Source: Candidatus Sulfobium sp.
GTDB lineage: Bacteria > Nitrospirota > Thermodesulfovibrionia > Thermodesulfovibrionales > UBA6898
Assembly (NCBI GenBank): GCA_037380845.1
Contig: JARRRI010000003.1
Span: 1 to 64,000, forward strand
Direction: 5' to 3'
DNA: 64,000 nucleotides
Shown: positions 19,700 to 28,807 of the stretch, in pieces
How the letters are laid out: each line of letters begins with the position of its first letter
Numbering within the stretch: the first letter of the stretch is position 1
The notes under the pieces: model-generated
The model's database searches: none
Told to the model about the DNA's origin: nothing
The model's input: the letters and a program-made list of their open reading frames with translations, nothing else
Made by a program: the position numbers and the translations under genes

Positions 19700-21028
19700 A
19701 TGAAATATGAAACCCAGAAAATAGCCTATCAGTATTTTGTCGCTGCCACTCTCCTGTTCGGACTGCAGGTAATCTTCGGTCTCATAACCGGCGCGAAATA
19801 TGTGTGGGACTATGATCCCCTCATGAATATCATCCCCTTCAACACCTCCCGTGCCATACACATGAATCTTCTAGTAATCTGGCTTTTGATCGGCTTCATG
19901 GGCGGGACTTATTACCTTGTGCCGGAAGAGGCCGAAACCGATATATACAGCCCCCCGCTTGCAGTTTTCCAGCTATACCTCTTTGTGGGCATCGGCGTTG
20001 CGGCCATCGTCGGATATCTGGCGGGATGGTCCTGGGGCATGCCCTTTCTTGAACAGCCCACTGTCCTGAAGTTCGGCATCGTCATTGTAGCCCTCATTTT
20101 TCTCTTCAATATCTTCATGACTATGATGAAGACCAGAAAGTGGACAGTGATCCAGGGGGTGCTCCTGGGCGGCCTGGTGATGCTGGCCCTTCTGTTTCTC
20201 TTCGGGGTCTTCTTCGTCAGGAACCTGTCGACGCAGTACTACTGGTGGTGGTGGGTCATACATTTATGGGTCGAGGGCGCGTGGGAGCTCGTGGCCGGCG
20301 CCATCATAGCCTTCATCCTCCTGAAACTGACGGGCGTCAACAGGGAACTGGTAGAGAAATGGCTTTATGTCGAGGTGGGCCTCGTGCTTTTCACCGGCAT
20401 CGTAGGGACCGGGCATCACTACTACTGGATCGGGACGCCGTCTTACTGGCTCTGGTTCGGCGGCATATTCAGCGCTTTGGAGCCGCTGCCGATCCTGTTC
20501 ATGGTTATCGACACCCTGAGGGACGTACGGGAAAAGAAAATCGAAATAACAAACAGGATTGCCCTTTACTGGGCGGTGGGTTCTGCCGCCATGCACTTTC
20601 TGGGTGCCGGCGTCTGGGGGTTTGCGCATACCCTCCCCCAGATCAACAAATGGACACACGGGACACAGGTCACGGCTTCGCACGGACATTTCGCCTTCTT
20701 CGGGGCCTACGTGATGATAAACCTCACCATGATATACTTTGCCGTCCCCCGGATGACGGGGACCAGCATGAAAGAACACGGACGCAGTCTCATAGCGCTG
20801 CGGTTGATGGTCCTGTCGATATTCCTGATGGTCCTTGCACTCGGCGTAGCCGGGGTCGTCCAGGCCTATTTGCAGAGAGTACTGGGTATGGACTATCTCA
20901 CCACCCAGGGTTATATGAAGCTCTGGTACGCCGTGATGTGGGTGTCAGGCTGGGGCGTGGTAACAGGCGTATTCACATACATCTATGACTTCTTCAGCAT
21001 GGGGAGGCCGTCGGGAGTTACCGCCTGA
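19700..21028 (+). CDS. norB: Nitric oxide reductase catalytic subunit (cNOR)
   Basis: RAIHMNL, VPEE, HLWVEGAWEL, GTGHHYYWIG, SALEP, HGHFAFFGAY. Confidence 0.95.
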   Translation: MKYETQKIAYQYFVAATLLFGLQVIFGLITGAKYVWDYDPLMNIIPFNTSRAIHMNLLVIWLLIGFMGGTYYLVPEEAETDIYSPPLAVFQLYLFVGIGVAAIVGYLAGWSWGMPFLEQPTVLKFGIVIVALIFLFNIFMTMMKTRKWTVIQGVLLGGLVMLALLFLFGVFFVRNLSTQYYWWWWVIHLWVEGAWELVAGAIIAFILLKLTGVNRELVEKWLYVEVGLVLFTGIVGTGHHYYWIGTPSYWLWFGGIFSALEPLPILFMVIDTLRDVREKKIEITNRIALYWAVGSAAMHFLGAGVWGFAHTLPQINKWTHGTQVTASHGHFAFFGAYVMINLTMIYFAVPRMTGTSMKEHGRSLIALRLMVLSIFLMVLALGVAGVVQAYLQRVLGMDYLTTQGYMKLWYAVMWVSGWGVVTGVFTYIYDFFSMGRPSGVTA

Positions 21029-21206
21029 AATCCCTGGCAGGTCGCAAGGCGGAAGGCTTCTCAGATATTCATGAACGCCGGGTCAGTGGTAAGCATGGGA
21101 TTAGGAATTAAACTTCAATGTCATGCGACAGAGAGGATAATCCATTCCTGTCTGCCTTCTGCTTAAAACTTATATAAAAGATTACCTGCTCGCACTACTC
21201 TTCCCG

Positions 21207-22067
21207 CTATCCTTTCAGATATCCGTATATGGCCATGAGGTCCTTTTCTCCCAATCCGTCTCTCATGGCAAGGGCAAACGCCTCCTTGATGGCTTCGGAT
21301 GAGGGCATCGCGACACCGCATTCATATGCCGTCACCGAGGCAAGATGGAGGTCCTTGTGCATCAGTCTGAGGGGGAAATGGGCATCGAAGTTCCCCGACT
21401 CTATCATTGGTCTCTTGAGACCGAGAAGAGGGGCCGTCACGGGAGATGCGAGGAGCGCCTCAAACAGTTTTTCACGGGTTATGCCCAGCTCCTCTCCCAG
21501 CACCATGGCCTCGGAGAAAACTGCGACCGCACCGGCCAGAAGAAGGTTGTTGACCATCTTCATGGCAGTGCCCATGCCGTGCCCTCCGACCGGAAAGAGG
21601 GCCTTGCCCATCGCATCAAGGAGCGGCCTCGCAAATTCGATATCTTCCCTTTCCCCGCCGGCAAAGAAGATGAGCTGCGCCTGCTCGGCCGGTATCTTCG
21701 AGCCCGCAAGGGGTGCATCCACGAAACGCACCGCTCTTTTTGCGCACTCTGCCGCCATTTCCCGCGAAAAGGAAGGGTTCACCGTGCTGCAGTCGATCCA
21801 GACCGAGTTCTTCCCCAGCCGGTCGAGAAAGCCTCCCTCACCGAGGGCGACAGCGGCCACTGCAGGAGGATCGGTAAGCATGGTAATAACCACCGGCACC
21901 TGCTCCGCCACTTTCGCAGGCGTTTCAACGAGTACCGCACCCTGCGAAACGAGCGGCCCTGCCTTCTCTCTTGTCCTGTTGTAAACAACGAGCTCATTCC
22001 CCTTTTTAAGCAGGTTGGCCGCCATGCGGCTTCCCATTATGCCCAGACCGATAAACCCGACTTTCAT
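21207..22067 (-). CDS. NAD(P)-dependent beta-hydroxyacid dehydrogenase (3-hydroxyisobutyrate/tartronate semialdehyde reductase family)
   Basis: VGFIGLGIMGSRMA, FVDAP, MKMVNN, F.LRLMHKDL; AGGAGGAG RBS. Confidence 0.92.
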   Translation of the reverse strand: MKVGFIGLGIMGSRMAANLLKKGNELVVYNRTREKAGPLVSQGAVLVETPAKVAEQVPVVITMLTDPPAVAAVALGEGGFLDRLGKNSVWIDCSTVNPSFSREMAAECAKRAVRFVDAPLAGSKIPAEQAQLIFFAGGEREDIEFARPLLDAMGKALFPVGGHGMGTAMKMVNNLLLAGAVAVFSEAMVLGEELGITREKLFEALLASPVTAPLLGLKRPMIESGNFDAHFPLRLMHKDLHLASVTAYECGVAMPSSEAIKEAFALAMRDGLGEKDLMAIYGYLKG

Positions 22068-22284
22068 ATCTCCTCCTGACCCGGCAAAAGCCGGAGCTGA
22101 AATCTTCTGACTGCAGGGACGCCTGGATCGGGTTACTCTTGTGTTCCGTTGAGAGGCCGGGAAACAAAAAAGGCTCATCACGGCAGTTTATATATTTCAG
22201 CCCTCTCAGCAGAAATATATAAATAAAGCCTCTACGCGCCCTCTGCGTCTCTGCAGCGAATTGCCGAATTTTCAGGATACAGAG

Positions 22285-22983
22285 TCAGAGATGGCTGATC
22301 TCGTCTTTCTCTTCCTCCTCGCCCCTGATCATCTTTTCAAGGTACTCTTTCGCGATGTCCCTTCCCCCGAGGCCGAATGCTATGGAAAGGGCGAAGACGA
22401 TACCGCCGAAGACGATGGCAAAGGATATGATCACGGTGTCCTTGCCTATGCCCAGCTGCTCGAGTGCGATGGATAGGGAAAAGAGAAATATCGCGAGCTT
22501 GACCCCTTTGCCGACCAGCCCCGACACCCTCAGTCCCGCATTGACTGATGCGATAAGGGCTGCCCGCCCGAAGAAATTGCCCAGTATCGCCCCGAATATG
22601 ATTATGAGGAGGGCGACGAACACGTTGGGGAGATAGAGGAAGAATTTCTCGAACAGCCTTTCTATCGCAAGCACGTTCAGGGCGTTAAGGGCGATGATCA
22701 CGAATGCGAGGATGATCACCCAGCTTACGAAACGTGCCAGCAGAGTCGAAAAAGGTCCTCGTATCCCCCCCTTTGCGATGACCCTGTTGATGCCTGATCT
22801 TTCAGAGACCTCGTCGAGCCTGAAGAACCTGAAAATTCTGGCCAGAATGTACTTCACGATCCATGCTACGACCAGCCCTATGATGAGGAGAAAAATCGAC
22901 GAGAAGAGGTTGGGAAGAAACTGGATCACGTTGTCGACGAATTCCCCCACCGGCTGTGTGATAAGCCTCTCGAATATATTCAT
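22285..22983 (-). CDS. CmpX-like / mechanosensitive-channel TM-helix repeat protein
   Basis: Repeated FLPNLF/YLPNVF helices; ALEQLGI; AFGLGGRD. Confidence 0.8.
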   Translation of the reverse strand: MNIFERLITQPVGEFVDNVIQFLPNLFSSIFLLIIGLVVAWIVKYILARIFRFFRLDEVSERSGINRVIAKGGIRGPFSTLLARFVSWVIILAFVIIALNALNVLAIERLFEKFFLYLPNVFVALLIIIFGAILGNFFGRAALIASVNAGLRVSGLVGKGVKLAIFLFSLSIALEQLGIGKDTVIISFAIVFGGIVFALSIAFGLGGRDIAKEYLEKMIRGEEEEKDEISHL

Positions 22984-23004
22984 TATGCGGCCCTCCTGTT
23001 CACT

Positions 23005-24267
23005 TTACGGATTCCATACTTCCCGGAGAAACGATTTTTTATTTTCAAAAGCCACGCACAGGCTTTCGATCTTGTCTTCGACTTCACTGGGACCGCTCTC
23101 CCAAGTCTCGACCACGAAGGATGCGGTCCGGCCGATGTAAAGGGGCGTAAGCGACTTCAGGAGATGTTCCTTGTTGATTACTTTCCGGTGCGATGCCGCC
23201 GCAAAGCTGAAAATAATCGCCACCCATATTTCGTCGGGAATGCGGAACTGGTCCTTCGGAAGCCCCCCGGCATTCCTCAGGAACCCGATGACGTCATCGG
23301 GAAGGACCTCTTTCCAGACGTCCGCCAGCTCATGCACACCGAGTCTGAATTTGTCGATCATCCTCTCGACATTTACCGATACCGGTTCCACTCCGACCGC
23401 ATACTGGAAACCGTATGCCGGAACGCTATCGGAGCCTTCCACCCTGCTCCACACATCAGAGTAAGTTTCCATAAGTTCGAAGGTTGCGCCTACGACCTGG
23501 AAGAGCATGGCGCTGAGGTCCGCCCCGGGGTCCTTGGGGTCATGGATCTTGGCCCCCAGGAAAGACTGGCAGACCTTGAAATTGTTGGCGATGGCCGTGG
23601 TAGTCATCCAGATGTCTATCCCGTATTTGGCAACATCCGTCGTCCATACGTCCTTGGTCAGATAAAATCTGGCCAGGTCACCTGAAAAACCGAAATCCCC
23701 CCCGATGGGCTGCCTTACCCGCTTCCCGTAAAGCGCCCTGGTAATCGGGTATATGATGCTGTTCGTAATCGTACCGTCATACTTGTGCCTGTGGTAAAGA
23801 GGGGCCACATAGTCGAGCTCGTTTTCCAGTACCGGCTTGATAAGCAGCTCGATCCACTCCGGCGTGATGCTTCTGAGGTCCGAATCGACCACCGCGCAGG
23901 CCCTCACGTCGAGGATTTCGGCGATCTCGAAAATCGTCCTGAAGGCGCTTCCCTTGCCCGGTATGCCGTGATAAGGGGTCGCGATGGTAAAGGCCTGCTC
24001 TTTTCTGTGAGATAGGAGGATCGACTGGGTATCTTCAAGGGTCGTGGTCCTTACGGTCTCCATGGTACCGTCGGTAGACCCCCCGTCGGAATTGACCAGG
24101 ACGCACTTCCTGTCCGGAAAATATTTCGCAAAACCGGCCTGGACCGCCTTGACAACGTGGCCTATGGTACCGGCATTATTGAAGCTCGGTATCCCTACGA
24201 GTATATCGGCCTTCTTTATATCACCGATCTCCTCCCGAAGGTCCTTTTTCACAACTATGGTGTCCAT
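23005..24267 (-). CDS. GT-A glycosyltransferase, probable single-step glucosylglycerate synthase (Ggs/MGS-like)
   Basis: VGIPSFNNA, NSDGGSTDGT, GKGSA, VDSDL, RHKYDGTIT, RQPIGGDF, YGIDIWMTT. Confidence 0.7.
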   Translation of the reverse strand: MDTIVVKKDLREEIGDIKKADILVGIPSFNNAGTIGHVVKAVQAGFAKYFPDRKCVLVNSDGGSTDGTMETVRTTTLEDTQSILLSHRKEQAFTIATPYHGIPGKGSAFRTIFEIAEILDVRACAVVDSDLRSITPEWIELLIKPVLENELDYVAPLYHRHKYDGTITNSIIYPITRALYGKRVRQPIGGDFGFSGDLARFYLTKDVWTTDVAKYGIDIWMTTTAIANNFKVCQSFLGAKIHDPKDPGADLSAMLFQVVGATFELMETYSDVWSRVEGSDSVPAYGFQYAVGVEPVSVNVERMIDKFRLGVHELADVWKEVLPDDVIGFLRNAGGLPKDQFRIPDEIWVAIIFSFAAASHRKVINKEHLLKSLTPLYIGRTASFVVETWESGPSEVEDKIESLCVAFENKKSFLREVWNP

Positions 24268-24299
24268 TTACGCGGGCTTTCCTTGCCCTCCTCCCCGAT

Positions 24300-25523
24300 T
24301 CACTTCTTGCTGCCGCTCACTGTTCCGGCCCTCGGGATAATAGATATCCCGGACTTGTCGATGTGACAGCGAAAGCGGTCCTTATCGGGGTCGAAACCGA
24401 TCTCCAGGCCTTCGTCGATCACGTTCAATTTGTCCACTATGACCTTCCTGAGCCTGCACCCCTTCTTGAGCACCACCCGGTCCATTATTATGCAGTCCTC
24501 GACGCTGACGTCGTTTTCCATGACCACACCGCTCCTTATCACAGAGTTCCGGACCCTGGCCTTGTGTATGACCGCGCCCTCGGCTATGATACTGTTTCTG
24601 ATGTCTCCCCTCAATATCTTGGTGGCCGGCGCTTCGTAGCCTGACGGATGTATGGGCCACAATTTATTGTCGAGTTCAAAGCCCGGTTTTTCGCCCAGCA
24701 TGTCCATGTGGGCCTCGTAGAAGGCCGATATGGTGCCCACGTCCCTCCAGTAACCCGTCTCCTCGTAAGGCAGGGTCCCGGGAACGACGTTCGTGGCGAA
24801 GTCGTAGGCAAAGACCTTACCTGTGTTAACCAGTCCCGGTATGACATGGGCGCCGAAGTCGTGCTCCTTTTTCCTCTGCGCCTTGCCCAGTTCCGCCGAC
24901 AGGAGGTCGCGGTTGAATATGTAATTACCCATCGAAACATATGCCCTCGTGGGGTCGTCAGGCATGGGGGTCGGCTTTTTCGGTTTTTCCTGGAACCCGA
25001 TTATCCTGTTTTCTGCATCAGTTACTATCACACCGAAGGCCGAGGCCTGTTCGATGGGAACGGGACGGGCGGCCACCGAAACTATGGCGCTTTTTGTGAG
25101 ATGGAAGTCTATCATCTGCCGGATATCCATCCTGTAGACGTGGTCGGCCCCGAAGACTATCAGCAGTTGGGGGTCGTGCTCCCGCACCAGGTTCATGTTC
25201 TGAAATACGGCGTCAGCCGTCCCCTGGAACCACTCCGTACCCGTGCGCATCTGGGGCGGTACGACGGTCACGAAATGGTCTCCCATGACCGAAGAAAGGG
25301 CCCAGTTCCTCCTGACGTGCTCGATAAGGGACTGGGATTTGTACTGGACGAGAAGATAGATCGAAAAAATCCGTGAATTCACGAGATTGCTCAGCACGAA
25401 ATCCGCTATTCTGTATCTTCCTCCGAAGGGCACGGAGGGTTTCGAACGGAACGACGTAAGTGGAAAAAGCCGCTCCCCCTTCCCGCCGGCCAGTACGAAT
25501 GCGAGAACTTTGGGATGCCTCAT
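24300..25523 (-). CDS. glgC: Glucose-1-phosphate adenylyltransferase
   Basis: LAGGKGERL, KPSVPFGGRYR, QYKSQSL, GTADAV, EKP, SMGNY, YWRDVGT. Confidence 0.96.
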   Translation of the reverse strand: MRHPKVLAFVLAGGKGERLFPLTSFRSKPSVPFGGRYRIADFVLSNLVNSRIFSIYLLVQYKSQSLIEHVRRNWALSSVMGDHFVTVVPPQMRTGTEWFQGTADAVFQNMNLVREHDPQLLIVFGADHVYRMDIRQMIDFHLTKSAIVSVAARPVPIEQASAFGVIVTDAENRIIGFQEKPKKPTPMPDDPTRAYVSMGNYIFNRDLLSAELGKAQRKKEHDFGAHVIPGLVNTGKVFAYDFATNVVPGTLPYEETGYWRDVGTISAFYEAHMDMLGEKPGFELDNKLWPIHPSGYEAPATKILRGDIRNSIIAEGAVIHKARVRNSVIRSGVVMENDVSVEDCIIMDRVVLKKGCRLRKVIVDKLNVIDEGLEIGFDPDKDRFRCHIDKSGISIIPRAGTVSGSKK

Positions 25524-25684
25524 TTTAAACCTCCACCGCGACTGGATGATGTGTTTTATTGCGTCTGTATGTTTCCAGCAGGATTCCGGTCATAGAAAAT
25601 TCAAACAATACTAAATCTTACAATACGACACTTTCTGATGCAACCTTCTTTCACCTCGAGTTAATAACGGAAAAGGCAGACGGC

Positions 25685-25760
25685 CGGGAATCCGGGGTCC
25701 TCCAACAGATTGGATGCCTGCCTGCCGGCAGGCAGGCCCGACTAAGAACCTCGGCATGAC
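25685..25760. repeat. Composite palindromic repeat
   Basis: GGGAATCC...TGGATGC...TCGGCATGAC frame enclosing the perfect 22-bp palindrome GCCTGCCTGCCGGCAGGCAGGC (25716..25737). Confidence 0.7.
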
Positions 25761-25807
25761 GGAAGAAGGAAAAAAACTGCGCGCAGGGATAACGTTCCGT
25801 CGGCCTC

Positions 25808-28807
25808 TCAGTCCACTTTTCCCAGAAGGGCCACCGGCAGGTTGGCGAACACTTCGGGAGCAGGGAGACAGAGCGCTCCGTTTTTCAGTTGGACCTTAAC
25901 CGTCTCGGAGGTAAAGATGTTGCGATATGCCTGTCCTTCCACGGCAAAGGGAACGATGACAGCAGAATCCTCCCATACCTCCGGACCAAGGGGGAGCCGG
26001 CCATCTTCGAAGACCAGCCTGATCAGGAAGCGCGGGACGACAACGATCACCTCCCTGTCTCCAAGGCGCCTCGCAAAGGCACAGATGTGGTCGGCGGCCC
26101 CGCCGCCGGTCTCCAGCGGCACATAATCACCCTCTTCGAAGATTTCTCTGTTCATCCGCCGGTAACCAAGGGTCTTATAAGTAACGTACAGCTTTATCTC
26201 CCCCGTCTCCTTATTGAGGGTCAACTCCCTTGAGAGATCGTGACCGGACGTCTGCGCTTCGCGGTCCTTCAGCCGGCGGAGCATTTCAGCTCTCATCCCG
26301 TAATCCACGGGCCTTCGGTTGTCGGGATCGACAAGACTGAGATCCCATATCTCTGTCCCCTGGTAGAAGTCCGGCACGCCCGGGCAGGTGATCTTGAGGA
26401 GAGTCTGGGACAATGAATTGAACATTCCGAAGTGGGATATCTTCCTCTGGAAAGGAGCGAACTCTCTCAGAAACTGGTTCCCGGGGCCGCTGCTCAGTAC
26501 TGAATCCGCGAAGACCATGATTGCGTCCTCATAGACGGTGTTGGGGTTGACCCAGCTCGTGTTTACCTTGGCCTCGCGTATCGCCTTCAGCATATAGCTC
26601 CTGATCCTCTCCCTGAACCCTTCAAGCCCCGCCTCGTCCATCTCACCGATGGGCCACGCGCCGACCAGGGTCTGATAGAACAGATATTCCTCATTGCGGT
26701 CCGGCACGAACTGCCCGTCCACCAGCAGCCGCTTTTTTCGGTTTAGTCTTCTCCAGAGGGCGAGATGCCTGCGCCATTCGTCGGGCATCTCAGACAGGAC
26801 GTTGATCCTTGCCCTGACATCTTCGCTCCTCTTGGTGTCGTGCGTCGAGGAGGCGATAAGCGCATGGGGCCAGGATTTCATCCGCTCTATGTTCTGCCCG
26901 TGAAAGGTCTCGATGGACGTGCCGAACCTGTCCGGAGCCCCCCCGACCTCATTCAGTGAAATCAGCCGGTTATATACATAGAAGGCCGTATCCTCCAGCC
27001 CCTTCGCCATAACAGGGCCGGTAATCTGCTGGAACCTCATTACGAAATCCAGCCATTCTTCCTTGTCGGCTTCTTCGATGTTTTCGGGAAGTCTCATAAG
27101 AAGGACGTCCTTCAGAAAATCGAATATCGAGCCACTTATCGCGGGGTTGTCGCGTTTGGCCTTCGAAACAGCCGATTCTACATATTGGCGATCCCTGTCC
27201 ATTACATCGTAAGAGTTTATGTAGGTCCTGTAGACGGGGAAATAGGCGATCACCTCGAGGATGGCATGCGTGAGACTGTTAAGAGTAAAGTCCCTGGTAT
27301 GCCGGTCCTTCTCCGACATCCGGTTGAGGTAATGTCCGAGGGTGTTTACTTCGCTCGACATGGCCACCTCCATGATCAGCTTCTTCTTCTCATAAACGAC
27401 ATCCTGATAATTGAGGTTGAGACCCGTGAATTTCTTATAGATGTTGTCGAAGGCCCTTGCACTCCGTGTTTCCACAAAAATTCCGTTCAGGGAGTTCAGA
27501 AAGACATAGCCGGTCGTACTGAAAATAGGCCACTCCTCGGGGATCCTCTCACCTTTGATCAGGATCTTCTCGCCGACGATGTAAAATGGCAGCTTCCTGT
27601 CTGAATCCGGGGAAAACAGATCGTTGTAAAGAACTACGACCGCCGGCTCCATCTCGGGGGAACTCGCCAGGGGGACATCGTCTTCAGCATCTCCCCCTCG
27701 CCCCGACCTCAGCTGAGAATAACAGCTCAACTGGAGCCGGTGAAAATATTCCGACGGGTCATACAGTCCGTCGGGGTGGTCGACCCTCAGTCCCGTGATC
27801 CTGCGCCGCCTGATCAGTTTCATGATCAGTCTGTGCGTTTCCCTGAACACCTCGGGATCCTCCATCCTGATCGCGGCAAGGTGGTTGATGTCGAAGAACC
27901 TGCGGTAGTTGATCTCTTCCATCGCAACCCGCCAGTAAGAGAGACGGTAAACCTGCATATCCAGAAGCTCGTCCAGAAGGTCGAAGGTCCTGGGTTCACC
28001 CCTGACGCCGTTGAATATGCGGACGTTTTCGTCGATGTGCTCCTTTATGGCAGTGCTGTTGCCGTACAGCTTCAGAAGCCTCTTTTTTATGATCTCCTTC
28101 TCGCGGTGCCTCTCCGCCACCTTTTCCGGCGACATCTCCGTATAAGGCGGCAGGTGGTTCAGGGCGGTGATGATACTGAGGAGTTCGACAAGGTCGGGAT
28201 GTTCGCCGGTAAGGCATTCCTCAAGGGCTTCGATGCCATGTTCGAGCAGAGTATTATAAGTTTTGGGGACGACCGGAAATCTGTGATCGTAGTAATGAAG
28301 GCAGAAGGACCCCTCATCGAAGGAGAGCCGCAGTTCCCCGTTGTCGAGCACCCTGCCATACTGGTCTCCCAGGACCGGGAGCAGCACCTTGTTCCTGAGT
28401 TCCTTCTTGACCGGCGCCCAGTCTATGTCGAAGAAGTGGGCGTAGACCGAACTCGGACCGTTTTCAAGGACGTCCATCCACAGGGTGTTCTCGCTGCTTT
28501 CGATATACATATGGTTCGGTACTATATCGAGGATCTGCCCCATGCCGTATTTTTGGAGTTCCGCCACATATTCCACGTATTCTTCCTCAGTCCCCACTTC
28601 AGGGTTCAGCGAGTTGTGATCGACGATATCATAGCCGTGCGTACTCCCCTTTTTGGCCTTCAGATAGGGAGACGCATAGATGTCGGTAATGCCCAGGTCG
28701 TTAAGATACGCGACAATGTCCCCGGCGTCACCGAACCTGAACGAGCCGTTGAACTGGAGTCTGTATGTCGCCGCCGGTATTCTCGGCGACACCCCTTTAT
28801 CTTCCAT
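25808..28807 (-). CDS. treY: Malto-oligosyltrehalose synthase
   Basis: [60 protein letters not shown]. Confidence 0.96.
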   Translation of the reverse strand: MEDKGVSPRIPAATYRLQFNGSFRFGDAGDIVAYLNDLGITDIYASPYLKAKKGSTHGYDIVDHNSLNPEVGTEEEYVEYVAELQKYGMGQILDIVPNHMYIESSENTLWMDVLENGPSSVYAHFFDIDWAPVKKELRNKVLLPVLGDQYGRVLDNGELRLSFDEGSFCLHYYDHRFPVVPKTYNTLLEHGIEALEECLTGEHPDLVELLSIITALNHLPPYTEMSPEKVAERHREKEIIKKRLLKLYGNSTAIKEHIDENVRIFNGVRGEPRTFDLLDELLDMQVYRLSYWRVAMEEINYRRFFDINHLAAIRMEDPEVFRETHRLIMKLIRRRRITGLRVDHPDGLYDPSEYFHRLQLSCYSQLRSGRGGDAEDDVPLASSPEMEPAVVVLYNDLFSPDSDRKLPFYIVGEKILIKGERIPEEWPIFSTTGYVFLNSLNGIFVETRSARAFDNIYKKFTGLNLNYQDVVYEKKKLIMEVAMSSEVNTLGHYLNRMSEKDRHTRDFTLNSLTHAILEVIAYFPVYRTYINSYDVMDRDRQYVESAVSKAKRDNPAISGSIFDFLKDVLLMRLPENIEEADKEEWLDFVMRFQQITGPVMAKGLEDTAFYVYNRLISLNEVGGAPDRFGTSIETFHGQNIERMKSWPHALIASSTHDTKRSEDVRARINVLSEMPDEWRRHLALWRRLNRKKRLLVDGQFVPDRNEEYLFYQTLVGAWPIGEMDEAGLEGFRERIRSYMLKAIREAKVNTSWVNPNTVYEDAIMVFADSVLSSGPGNQFLREFAPFQRKISHFGMFNSLSQTLLKITCPGVPDFYQGTEIWDLSLVDPDNRRPVDYGMRAEMLRRLKDREAQTSGHDLSRELTLNKETGEIKLYVTYKTLGYRRMNREIFEEGDYVPLETGGGAADHICAFARRLGDREVIVVVPRFLIRLVFEDGRLPLGPEVWEDSAVIVPFAVEGQAYRNIFTSETVKVQLKNGALCLPAPEVFANLPVALLGKVD

